64,000 bases of DNA from contig NC_081332.1 of the NCBI RefSeq assembly GCF_022539665.2, positions 5,394,001 through 5,458,000 on the forward strand, read 5' to 3'. The notes under the pieces are model-generated. The model ran no database searches, was not told the DNA's origin, and saw only the letters and a program-made list of their open reading frames with translations. The translations under genes and the position numbers were made by a program. The DNA is from Daphnia carinata. Taxonomy: Eukaryota. This document shows, in pieces, positions 39,755 through 52,100 of this stretch (position 1 is the stretch's first letter; every line of letters begins with the position of its first letter).

Positions 39755-40088
39755 ATGAAGGTAGGATAAATTTTTCTTAAGTTGTAACTCAGAAAGAGCA
39801 AAACACGAAAATTTGTTTCAGGTATTGATTATTGTTGCCTTAGCGGTTGCTGCAGTAGGCAGCCAATCGCACTTCGAAAGGAACTACCCCCTCAAAGAGC
39901 AGAAACATTACAGCTATGAAGATCTATATTTTTTACCAAACTATAATAACTTCTATGATGGCGGATATGACTTCAAACAGAACTATGTGCATCCTTTCAA
40001 GGAGAACAAACAAGTTAGAGCGCCACAGAAAACTTGGCCACGATTTATGATTTTCTTTGTAAAATTAAGAAAGATATTGCATGTTTAA
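39755..40088 (+). CDS. Small secreted peptide, KxRK-tail family copy A (exons 39755-39760, 39822-40088; 90 aa)
   Basis: MK|VLIIVALAVAAVGSQ signal, Tyr-rich middle, ends WPRFMIFFVKLRKILHV*; TATAAA near 39642. Confidence 0.8.
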
Positions 40089-40620
40089 ATTTCTTACCAG
40101 TGGTTTCTATTCATTTGTTTTTCGCTGGGGTGCCACAGTGTTTGTTAAAGAAGAAACGTTAAAGATATGCATGATTGGCATGATCTCCTGGGAAAAATGA
40201 TCATCCATTTTAGTCGTCGTTTGTAACATCCTAGTATAGGGCTGTCCTCGTATGTTGGTTTCCAAATCCACACACCTTTTTAGAACAAAGTCAAAACAGG
40301 CAGACATATGAATCGAATTACTTTCAGTTTGTCGGAGTAAGCACGAAAGTACCAGTGATTCCGGCATCCAAAAGCTATTAGAAGAGAACTGTTGGGTCGT
40401 CTCATTCTTCAGGTTCGTTTTGTTGGTTAAACGTTTAGCCGTGGAAAGCTTGGTGAAGTGGGATGAGAAGGATTTTCCAAACGAAATAGTATTGCCTGAG
40501 AACAATGATTTGCAACAAATTGTATTGTAACTTAACTGAAAATGCATCACGAAACATTTGATTGTATCATGAATATAATGGTCTGCGTTTTCGCTGATGT
40601 GGAAGGTTTTCGTTTTCAAA

Positions 40621-41085
40621 TTAGAGACAGCATTGCAGTTGGCCAAACAAATTCGTGCGGCAGGTTTTGTAAATTAGGTTACTCGCGCAGTCCGTGTCGT
40701 TGAAGCAAGAAGCTGTAAAATAAATCACAGTTAAATGAAGTCTATTACATGTAAACGTATTTGTGTAGCCTATGCCCAGTGCATGGAAGCCTTTTGGAGA
40801 AGGAATCCAGCAAAACGAAGTATTACATTGGAAAATTAAACAATTTTATGACAAAGATAAATCCCCACGCTCCCAACTCTGCTTAACTAGATTCCAATTT
40901 ACTTACAAAACGCTTTGCAAAAGGTTTGATCCGTAGATTCTTCAACCGTGGCGTGCACCGAATTGGCGTAGACGATGGCCATAACGACAAAAACGCTGGC
41001 AAGTAGCTGTTTCGGACAAAAGCATTGTATTACACTTAAAATAGCAAGTGAATGATTAAGCCTATTCAAAACCATCCACAATCAT
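40621..41085 (-). CDS. Small secreted six-cysteine peptide (exons 41085-41080, 41006-40907, 40712-40621; about 65 aa)
   Basis: Spliced MI|LLASVFVVMAIVYANSVHATVEESTDQTFCKAF|SSCFNDTDCASNLIYKTCRTNLFGQLQCCL*; strong GTAAGT donor and TTTTACAG acceptor in phase; TATAAAA about 110 bp upstream; first donor (GTGGAT) weak. Confidence 0.68.
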
Positions 41086-42197
41086 GTTTTTACGGTTGCT
41101 TAATTGGTGTACTTACAAATACTTTCTGGAACATTTTCTGTTGTTGTAAATGTCGCTTGTAGACTGGTGATATAGCTAAACGATTGACACGGCCTTTTAT
41201 ACTAATCCATGACCATACGTTTTGTAGGCTGCCGAGAACGCGTTGAACCGATCGTTCAAATAAGAACACTTGTTCATGATGCATCCTGGATGACTATCTA
41301 GATTATATTTACACTCTGCTCTCTCAATATGGAAAGCAGGTTACCTATAGTACAATGGGTTGCGTTCGTGTCAAACAATACTCAGTGACACATGCGTCAC
41401 TTGTTAGTTTTGCCCATTAGTTACATGGAAGTAAGTAAAAACAAGTTGACGTGGATAAGTACTTGAAAACTACGTGTGCTACCTATGTAAAATCTTACCA
41501 TATCATGCTCGTTTTGGTTTAATGTAATACCTGAATTCTGAAACTACCATGTTGGTCGGTACGTCACGCTCCATGCTTGTAATCAGTCGTGCACATTCAC
41601 TTGAACGAAACGGGAAGTAGACTGATGAACTTACAGCAATTGTTTCGATAGAGGAATACCTGACCTGACCACCAAACGGAAGAAAAGGCTTAAGGTCGCA
41701 ATTATTGTCAAATTGGGTCTTGGTTTACGTCAACGGGGATAAATTACCAGTGATGGAGTAGAGCAATGGGAAAGAAGAGAAAGGCAATTCTTTCTCACGG
41801 TAGGATTTTGCGCCGTACATTGAAAATGTATGACAGATCACGATGAAATGATTAAAACGTTCAAATCATGCTGGAAATATTTTGAGGTGTTGATATGAAA
41901 ATTCTGCATAAAAAGGAATGAGAAATTGCTTCCCAATGACTTGTGGCGTCACACCTCAAGGGAGAAACCGACAGACGAGCTGATTTCTAACAAAGCCAAA
42001 AGTGAAATTAGCACAATTTTTTTTCTTGGCGATTTGGGTTTGATGAAATTGGCATAAGAACCGCTAGTACCATCGATTACATAGCATGTGCCCACTTGTG
42101 AAAAGGAATGGAATGAGCGCGATGTCGGACTATATAACACCCTCACTGTGAATTCATCATTATCAGTCAGCTGTCCAGCAACATCATCTACAACAAC

Positions 42198-43101
42198 ATG
42201 CAGGTACTGCTCAGCTTTTGTGTTAAAATTCCTTTACCCCGGAAAAAAAACTCAATTAAATTATCTGTTACAGGTTTTTATCATTGTTGCTTTCATGGCC
42301 ATGGTTTCATGCCAACCTCCCTATTACCAGCAACCCTACAATCCCTACCCAGAGTACAAGCCGGAATACAAGCCGGAATACAAGCCGGAATACAAGCCGG
42401 AATACAAGCCCGAGTATAAACCGGAATACAAACCAGAATATAAACCCGAGTACAAGCCGGAATACAAGCCAGAATATAAACCGGAGTACAAACCTGAGTA
42501 TAAGCCAGAATACAAACCAGAGTATAAACCAGAATACAAGCCGGAATACAAACCGGAGTACAAGCCAGAATACAAACCAGAGTACAAGCCAGAATACAAG
42601 CCAGAATACAAACCGGAATACAAGCCTGAATACAAGCCTGAATACAAGCCTGAATACAAGCCTGAATACAAGCCTGAATACAAGCCTGAATACAAGCCTG
42701 AATACAAGCCTGAATACAAGCCTGAATACAAGCCTGAATACAAGCCTGAATACAAGCCTGAATACAAGCCTGATTACAAGCCTGAATACAAGCCTGAATA
42801 CAAACCAGAGTACAAACCGGAATACCCAGCTACTTCGTACAAACCCGAATACCCTGCCTACAAGCCGGAATATGCAGCCCCAACCTACAAACCGAATTAT
42901 CCAGCACAGACATACAAACCCGCATACCCGGAATACAACAAGCCAGCTTATCATGAGCCAACCTACCAAGCCCCAGCCCACAAACCGTCCTACACACAAC
43001 AAGCGTATAAACCCGAATACAAACCTACCTATCCTGAATATCAACCCTATTCCCCGCCCAAGTATCCTTCTTACACTCCCACATACTCAGTCAAATATTA
43101 A
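42198..43101 (+). CDS. Secreted Tyr/Lys/Pro/Glu repeat protein with (YKPE)39, probably structural or cuticular (exons 42198-42203, 42274-43101)
   Basis: MQ|VFIIVAFMAMVSCQ signal; 39 12-bp units 42355-42822 varying almost only at synonymous positions; AATAAA after the stop. Confidence 0.9.
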
Positions 43102-45021
43102 GCAAAAGACATGTTTCATTTACGCTAGCGTGTGATGTTATTTTTTAAAGAGAGTTTACTTTATGTTCCAATAAATTCAGAATCAATATTACTTGCTGGG
43201 AATTTTCGACGTTTTTCTTTTTTGGATGGCCGTTGCCAATTAACGAATATTTTACTGTCAACTGCAATACCAGAAAATTTCTAGTCATTAAACGCGGCCA
43301 TAATAAAAAGCTTTCAGCTTACACATCGGCAATATTACGAAATTGGGACGAAAAGAACAAACTCAAAAATGATTTCAGCGATACAGACAGCAGATTTTTA
43401 CGTATTACCTTATTCTACTGGTTGCTTACAGGAAAAGTTTTTATTTGCTATATTAGTGTCGTATTCGTTACAATTTACGATGGGAAAAAAAGGCCTACCA
43501 GGCTAGAGATGTATGTGGAAAGGAAAAACATACAGCTAGCTAACTTTCTATTGTGAAAGCACAGTAACCAGAAAGAGGATGAGCCAACGGAGCTCAATGG
43601 TGAATGAATAAACGAGTGTGTAACACACACAATAGTTCATACCTAAACTACGTGTAAGATAACGGAATTTCTTTCCCACAAACTACGTTAAACAGCATAC
43701 CCCAAGGAGAAAATTTTTCGCTTGAATGCGGTGACTTCCGCCAAAATTAAAAGTGAAATTGGAGCTTACCCGAATGTTCTAATTCTAGGCCAATTGGTAA
43801 AAAACAAGCACAACATTAAGACTTACGAAGCACATCACGAGACGTATACATAAAGAAGTTGAACTGCTCGGGCACGATACAAGCATCACACTAGCTTGAA
43901 ATCTCAAAGGTAAATAGCCTCAGAGGTAGAGGCCGAAAGATGAGAAAATGCAATCGAAAAAAAAACAAAGGACAAAGGGCCATCATGGATTTTTTGTCGC
44001 CCTTCCCTTAGGTTTGATGCTCTGACAAAATCCCTACCTAAAAAAGTTGCAGCTTCTTGGAACTGTCCGAACAAAATTGTGTGAAAAACTTAGGGTCATA
44101 AAAAAGGGTAGGGCAAGCAAGAGAAACTAAAGAGGTGACCTTTCTTTTCGAATTTTCTGCTCTATTGCTCAAACGTTTCGTAGCTGCAGGTAATAGGCGA
44201 GGGTACAGGTAAGCGCGGAGGATAGGCAATCATTTTTAAGAAGGGCGGGGCGTAGAAAGTCACGACCACAACAACACGATATCACCCACACAAATTGCTA
44301 TTCAAGCGGTACACCATACACTAGTTAGCTTAACTAAGTTCGTCTTAATTTACCTAACATTGCATAGAATGTCATAAACAAGCGTTTGCCGGTGGACTTA
44401 ATTTTTTTTGCGTCTGATTAGGACATAGTACATGGACAAAGAAGTACACGCGAGTCGCACTTATCACTTCCTCCTTCAATTATTATGTGACATTTCTTTC
44501 GGTTGGGGAAAGGTTACGAGTTCTCTAACGGTTATTTTCGCTATCGTATTGTTCCATAATTTCCTGATGAGCCTGAGACAAGACATGGATGAACAACATC
44601 AGACAGCGATGCCCCAGATGAGTGTGCTCGTAATGCAGATGAGCACCTTTACAATGATCGTCTGGATGTTGTGTCAGTGCAATATAGGTTTCCTAAGCCA
44701 CAAGATGCAAGACTGACTTTCCAATTGATTACCTCTACGTGTTGGTGAGCGTATGATACGCCTCACCAAGGAGAAATCTACCTTCGTAATGATTTCCGCT
44801 AAAAGCAAAAGCGAAAAGACAATAGGAAACTATTTCTATGGGTTGGACGGAATATTAAAAAAGCCACGGGATTCATTCAGCTGAAGATCCAACGAAAGGC
44901 GAAAGCAAGAGGTGGAGCCTCACCGTGGTATATAGCTCTGTTTGCATTCATCCATTCCAGCATTGTTCTAGCGTCACTTGACTAGCAGATATCGTACGGA
45001 GAGTACAACATCTAGACTAAC

Positions 45022-45321
45022 ATGAAGGTACCATCCGATTCCTTTGTTACGTTTTATTACGCTAAAAGTTTTGATTTTTCTTTCTATTAGGTATTCCTCG
45101 TTGCCGCTTTATTGATGGTAATGGTTTCAGGACAAAAGCTGTTTAGACAAGACTTTTTCCCTAATCAGGACAATTTCGATTTTCCTACCAAACTTTCCCA
45201 ACCTGACTACCGTGAACCAATCTACAGATACAATTACGCCTACCGTGCTCCAGAGGACAAACCGACTAAGCCACATTTAATGGTCGTCATTAAAAAGTTG
45301 AGAAAAATGCTTCTTGTTTGA
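45022..45321 (+). CDS. Small secreted peptide, KxRK-tail family copy B (exons 45022-45027, 45091-45321; 78 aa)
   Basis: MK|VFLVAALLMVMVSGQ...YRYNYAYRAPEDKPTKPHLMVVIKKLRKMLLV*. Confidence 0.8.
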
Positions 45322-47228
45322 ATGCAATTACCACCTGTGCCGGCTACAGTTATGGTTTAATTTGTTATCACAAAGTTTTGTTTAGTTTACCCAAGAAAAA
45401 CGCACTCTAACATGCTCAAGCGTGTTGAAAGGGAACTGCATATTCATTACATTGTATGAAAATGAAGTTGGCTCACTTCATCAACATAGCCAATAAACGA
45501 TGGACCTTTAAAATAATTTTTCCTTTCACCCCATTTGTTTAGCATCAGGCCACCAGCTATATATCCAAGAGGCATGAAAGACAACGTCAAGCCCCGAAAG
45601 TTGGACGAAGAAGATATTAAACAAACTTGTACATACCTTTGCAAAGTTGAGGAAGCACGAGATGACCAGCGATAGCAGTGCCACGGAGGCCAAAGAGGGT
45701 GAAATCAATCTGATTCGGGTGAACGGCAGGTGAACGTCATGGACTGGCGCAAGCCGACACCATCAGCCGGAATGCGATCGTTTGTCTTGTAGATGGGCCA
45801 GCTATGCCATTCCAACTGGAAAAGAAGATTTAGTGACCAGGTTACCTTCGGATTTATCGCCTTATTATTATTATGATCGTAAAACTCTAGTTTAGAAGAA
45901 GAAAGCAGGAAAGTTTGCAAAATAAAATAAAATCTTTACCGCATTATTGACATAAGTAAAAGTTTTGCTAGATTCTATTTTCACGTTTAGAGTTAATCGT
46001 AAGTCTTGAAAAGATAATTACCAGAGCAGCTCTCCGGCTATCCACCTTACAAGGCTATCCAACGAACGAAAGCCAAATGAGCATTTGAAAAATAAAACTC
46101 GGGCAACGACATAGCTTACTTAGAAGGAAACGCGCAGTTGTGGTTAGTCCTTGCAGTTTCACTGGTATTGCATTGCCTGCCGTTGAATTGCTTTGTGCAA
46201 AATTCTTTTACTAAGGATTCAGCATTTCTAGATATGGAAACAAAGAGTACCAATAAGGAAATGCACTTCTGTTTTCTCTTCCATTTGTAATCCAATATTT
46301 CAGAACTACAGCTGTAGGAGTCACGATACCATCTGGTACGTTTTACTTACCTAATGTACAGTAAAAATGAGCCATGTTGGAACACATATTGTGCTGAGGT
46401 TTTCAAATTCGGAACACTATTCTCCATGCTGTTTTCAGACAGAACATCAGCGTCTACTCTTTCGATTTCTAGTGTATAACTCCGTCAACGAGGGTATGAA
46501 GTCTAGAATCAACACGGCCAGCCTAAATGCGGGTCATTTACAATGCAATAAGTGAGTTATGGCATAGTAACTTTCACAAAAATTGGCAAAAAATGTTAAG
46601 TAAATAAGATCTTACCATATGCATTTTATACGGTGGGTAAAACCGTCGGTTGACAGCTACGTGCAAAGTAGAAATGGTTCGGGTACGGTCGTTACTGTCG
46701 CCTTAACAATTCTCCCTAAACAAAAAATTATGTGAAAATGCCATATGCCATAGTACAATAAATTTAGCAAATTAAGGTAAAGAGAAAAAGAGAAAAGTCA
46801 GCTTTCTAACGTGAACGCTCTCGACGCACTTTGCAGATTGTGGTGAAAGTAGGAACACAAATGTGCAAACAATTAATTTAAGTCACGAAGCTCGTGATTG
46901 AAGTAAAGTTCTTTTTATATACAGTATAGTTAAAGCGAAGAACACATTTTCACCGTCTTACTAGTATTAATACGCAAAAAAAAAAAAGCGAATGAAAAAC
47001 GTAACAATTGATGCTCGAATAAACGAAGCCAGGAGGGATATTGTACATTACTATTGTCACTTAACATTGGAATAAAGCAAGAGAAAGCAATAGGAGGGGC
47101 CTAACTACTAGCTAGTCAAGCTCGTTGCTTGTCTATAAATTTGCTCACATGCAAACGGTTCTTGCGTCGTAGAGTGTACAGCCATAGCAAAATTTTTAGC
47201 TTCAGCATAGGTCAACATATTCGATAAG

Positions 47229-47528
47229 ATGAAGGTGGGGTCGTTTCTTTTATCTGGAACTTTCGTGTTACTCAAGTTTTTTGGTGAATTTTAGGTGATC
47301 GTCATTGCCGTCTTATTAGTGATTGTGGTATCAGGTCAAGCTCCCTTCAAAGAAACCAACTCCCCTAATCAAGAACATAATGGCCATCCAGCCGCAGCTG
47401 CTTTCACGCCCAACCATCATGGACACGATTACAAGTATAATGATGCATATCATCCAGAACACAAACCACCTCCAATACCGCGAATTTTTGTTTTCGTTGC
47501 AAAGATAAGGAAAATGTTTCTCGTCTAA
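47229..47528 (+). CDS. Small secreted peptide, KxRK-tail family copy C (exons 47229-47234, 47295-47528; 79 aa)
   Basis: MK|VIVIAVLLVIVVSGQ...DYKYNDAYHPEHKPPPIPRIFVFVAKIRKMFLV*; TATAAA near 47134. Confidence 0.82.
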
Positions 47529-48054
47529 ATGAATTACCATTTGTTAACTCATAAACCTGCCATTGCTGCTTTCTTAGAAATATCTTTGGTCCCATTGATT
47601 TTATACCCCGCTATGTACGTTTTTCAGTCAATGAATTTCACCACGTTAAAAAAAATTATTTATTTGAAAAATAAATAACCTGATTTTTCGAACAATGGCT
47701 TTAATTCAGATTCGACTTTCTTGTTTCTACGAGCGCTCCTTTTATGAAGAATTTTTGAAATTTGCGCTATGGCACAGGTAAAAAGAAAAACGCCACAAAA
47801 TAGATAAGACGGCAGTAATAAAAATCAGTAGAAACACGATTTTGAAGATTTTGGAAATTCGGAGTGAAAATGAAATAACGTATAACGATCAATGGATAAA
47901 TACGCAATGGAAAAGTAAATTGGTTCAAGGAAGAGGCTTCACAGTTCCCTATCCAACCCTGTTATCCAGCACTCTAGGATCTCGTCTGCTTGTTTTTAGA
48001 CTCTTTACATGATAAAATTTAAAATATCAGTTAGGTTTTCTGAATAGATATAAA

Positions 48055-48856
48055 ATGTTCAAACTTCAGGTATTCTATCGCTACAAAAGTGCAGGAGGTT
48101 TATTTCTATTTCTTATCGGTTGCAGGCCCTTGGTCGAGTGCTGAGAACAGCTAGGATAACTCAAACTGAAATGGTAAATGTCATGTTCTCGAGAAGTATG
48201 AACAAATTTATTGCAGAGCCAGAGTACCTGGATGTAAGTCAAGCCTCTCAAAGTATGTGCAATTTGAATGTTTAACTTTGTTTGGATTAAAGACTAAAGG
48301 TCCCCAAATACCATTATACGAGCCTCTGAATGTGCAAATCAAATCATATGACTTTACTGTATTGGAGATCTTCTCAGGCTACATTCATAAAACAGCAGAA
48401 AATATGGGAATTGAAGTTGATGACTGGTACACTACAAGGTTAATGACATGTGTTGTCCTCTATAATTTAATTTCTATTATAGTTGGGCTAGTCCTTGTCA
48501 AAAGTATAAAGTTCAAACGTTTAAACCATTCAGCACCCAAATCGAAAACCAATACAATCTTAATATATATGAGAGAAACGTTCAGGTATGGGTAATTAAG
48601 TTCTGCAGCATACTGTGTATGCAGGTAATAACTCTTATTTTGATAACAATTTCAGGTGGTTGACTTAGAAGCAACAAAAGCACCTATATTTTTCCACATA
48701 ATTCAAGCTGCATTACCTGAAGGGGTTAAATTGACTGTGAAACTCCACGACGACATGGACGAAGAGAATCGTTACCTCCCAGATCTGGAACTGACACAGC
48801 TTAAGAACGAACTTGATGCATTGGGCGGTCCAACAGTTTCAAAAGGAAAGCGATGA
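48055..48856 (+). CDS. MRPL48: Mitochondrial ribosomal protein L48 (5 exons)
   Basis: EPEYLD, LNVQIKSYDFTVLE...YIHKTAENMGIEV, YERNVQV, IQAALPEGVKLTV, RYLPDLEL: S10-like fold typical of mL48, after a basic N-terminal presequence. Confidence 0.85.
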
Positions 48857-49187
48857 TTTTTTTTCGATTATGTGTTTTTTTACGTAGGATTTGAAAGAAT
48901 ACATTGTAAAAAGAATACCTGAATCTTGGAATGCAGGGTTGCATTTTCGAACGTTAGAATGAAAATAACATAGCAGAAGAAGAAATTTAACCACTAAATC
49001 GATAAGGTCAGTTTATTCCTTAAAAATCTACTGTCTTCGAGAAAACCAGGGAAATTTCTAATGTCCCTTTCGGTGCTGGTAGAGAAAAACAGCTTTGAGA
49101 TAAAAATGGACGGATGCAGAGAAAGACACTTAAAAATCACTCAAAAAGGCAGAGATTTTTCCATTTCAATGGATGGCAGGAAAAAAA

Positions 49188-52100
49188 TCATGTGTACAAT
49201 GCAAAGTTATATGTAAAAGTCTGGCAGATCGATAAAATAACACTGGCCAATAACACAAATATGGCCATGTTCAAAGGGACGGACGAATTCACATCGCTAT
49301 CATCACCTGTAATAGAAAAAATCAAAGATTTTTTAGCTTTTGAGGTCTGAAACAGTTAATAATCAGGAAAACAAAATTACCCATTCTGAAAACCCAAGTT
49401 GGCGAGGACATTTTACCGTCACCTCCTTGAGAGTAAGCTAAAACTCGAAGATTGTAGCGTTTGCCCCAAGAAAGGCCTGTGACATACGCTTCCAGTTTGC
49501 GTCCAAGAGGAACCAATGTATCGTTGGCCGTCGACATGTCTTGGTCGCTCTCCCAGACGCGGACTTTGTACCCAATGAGAGGTTCTTCTTCGATACTGGG
49601 CGCAACGTAACGCCATGTGACACGCACTGTTGAAGGATTCACGGCCACCACTTGCACTGTCGTAGGAGGTTTGAGCGGCGCCTTCTTGAACGTACGTTCC
49701 AAGAAACGTTCACTCTGTGGTCCTTCACCTATTTGAACCAATTCAAGTTATCCGTAAGAATTACATTGCCGCAATAAAATGAATCTTAAATTAGAAAAGT
49801 AATTGTATTGCACTAACCTGCTCCGTTGTAGGCCATAACACGAACCCAGTAATATGTATCAGGCATCAAACCGACGATAAGAGCTTCATTTCGGGTGCTT
49901 CGACTAAGATAAAAGACGGAAGCATCTTCCTTGTCCTGTCGGCGCCAGTACTTGATACGGAAGCCAATCATCTTGCCTCGCATTTGCTTGCGAGAAAGAT
50001 CCATAGGTAACCAAGTCACGTTTAATGCGGTCGAGTTGAAAGCTCGAGCAGCCACCTGTTCATTTATTAGAATTTGTTATTGTATAATTGTACTGCAGAG
50101 CTAAAAATAAATGATTACTTGATTTGGAGCAATTTGTGGCACATCCTCGGCTGAATAAATGGAGACCTCTGGAGATTCCTGACCACATCCCACATCATTA
50201 CAACCTTGCACTGTAGGGGGAAAAACCATTCAAAATGTGAGTTCTAGATCCCTAAAATTGTTCCAGGGCTGAAAATATCCTAATAAAACGATTAGTTCGT
50301 TGGACGTACCTTTAACTTTGTATGGGGTGTAGTAGTAACGGCGATTTCTATCGACAGTGGCAACGAAAAGGCCGGCTACACGCGAATTTTTTACAATCTG
50401 AGACTGGTATTCCGATTCTTCGGTCACGTCCGCATCAACACCAGCCAGGCGACGCCAGAATACTTTGTAATAAATGCCAGAGGCGTTCTGCTGTTGGCCG
50501 ACAAAAGGTGTCCAAGTGATGGTCAAATCGCCAGTTTTTCCACCACCACCACCAACATTAGAAGGAGGTAGATAAATTCGATCTGGGCGCGTATTGAATG
50601 TTGGTGACGGAATAGATGTAGGTCCATAACCGAGCGTATTGGAAGCCGATATGCGGAATTCGTACGTAGAGAACGGTGACAAGGTGTTCATCATTTGGAG
50701 CTCTTTCCGAGATGTCAATCGATCAACATCTTTGGCGGTAGCGTTCATAGCAAGTACAGCCCAAGTTTGATTCCAATTGGTTCTTCCTTCAACCATATAC
50801 ATGCGAATCGGATCGCCGTTCGTTGCGCCATCAGTCCACCTGATGACGGCTGATGAGGTTTCCCCGTAGACCTTATTAATGTTTGAATGCCGTAGTTAGA
50901 AAACGTTACAATTGGGCAAAATTGTTTGAATCTTACTTGAACACCACCGACAGCACCAGGAGGTCCATAGACGAACAATTGAGTTTTGGTGGAGATGCGA
51001 CCGACAGAAGTCTTGGCCACGCACTCGTACTCTCCGGCTTGAGCTAATGTAATATTATGGATTTCGAGACTGCCATCTCTCGAACGGATGTAATGAGCAG
51101 CTTCTAAATTGTCGTGGAAATCGATAGGGGACGAATCGAATCGTAGTGTAATGCCATTGTGTTTCCAAATATAAGCCAAATCAAGGATCCCCTCTGCTGA
51201 TGCACGACAGCGGAGTTGTTCAGTCAGTCCTACTGTAGTAAGAATGCGGCTTGGAGGTTCCTCTATAAATACGGGTCCACGTAAAACGATGACGCGCCCT
51301 GTACTCGAATCTGAACCAAATCTGCAAACCAAACACATTCATGAGTTAAAGGTTATTCTCAGAAATAAAAAATGAAAAATCATAATAATACCTATTTTCA
51401 GCTATACACGTGAAATTGCCGGCGTCTTCAAGCGAAACGGGATTGATAAGCAAGTGTCCACTAGGAAGAATTATTCTTCTTCCACCGGAACCAATCGTGA
51501 AACCATCCTTTCGCCACATGTACTTAGGTCGTGGTGCAGCTTCTGGATTACATGCAATCGTCACATTTCCTCCGTCGGCAGCATAGATATCAGATTCTAA
51601 AGGCCTTTGAAGAAAAAAAGGGTAGGATAACAATTACGTCTCCATTAATATAAGTCCTAAAAAAGATCTCTACTCACCAATATGGTATAAAGGACGGTAA
51701 GGAAAAGGGAAGAAGGAAAAGAAAAGCAATGCACAATAAAATGCAACTTACTTCTTTGCAAACGATGGTTTTATGTCCAGGATTCGAAGTTGGCCGGACG
51801 AGTACCTCTCAGCAATCTGATTGGAGGCTTTGCACTGATACATGGCCTGATCGCGCTCTGGATCTAATTTGCGTATTATTAGGACATTTTCTCGAATTTC
51901 ATAACGCTCACGGTCGGCTAGCTCAAGAGTAAACGGATCCAAAACCTATTAATTGATCATTTGTGAGTAAAACATCCGTCTCTGTTAAAGTGCTAGTTGT
52001 CGGACTTACCTGTCCATTTCGCAGCCATTGATAATTGACATCGGGTATACCGAAAGCTTCACAAGTCCATAGGAGATCTTCACCTCTGTCCATATGCATA

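Noticed and set aside
42284..43135. Alternative-frame and antisense ORFs (NTSL, VFRL, YSGL repeats)
   Set aside because: Shadows of the 12-bp repeat; variation is synonymous only in the YKPE frame, which also has the signal peptide.
51604..51751. Micro-exon in the Contactin intron (extra GTGAGT donor near 51677)
   Set aside because: No AG acceptor upstream of it; the flanking exons already join in frame.
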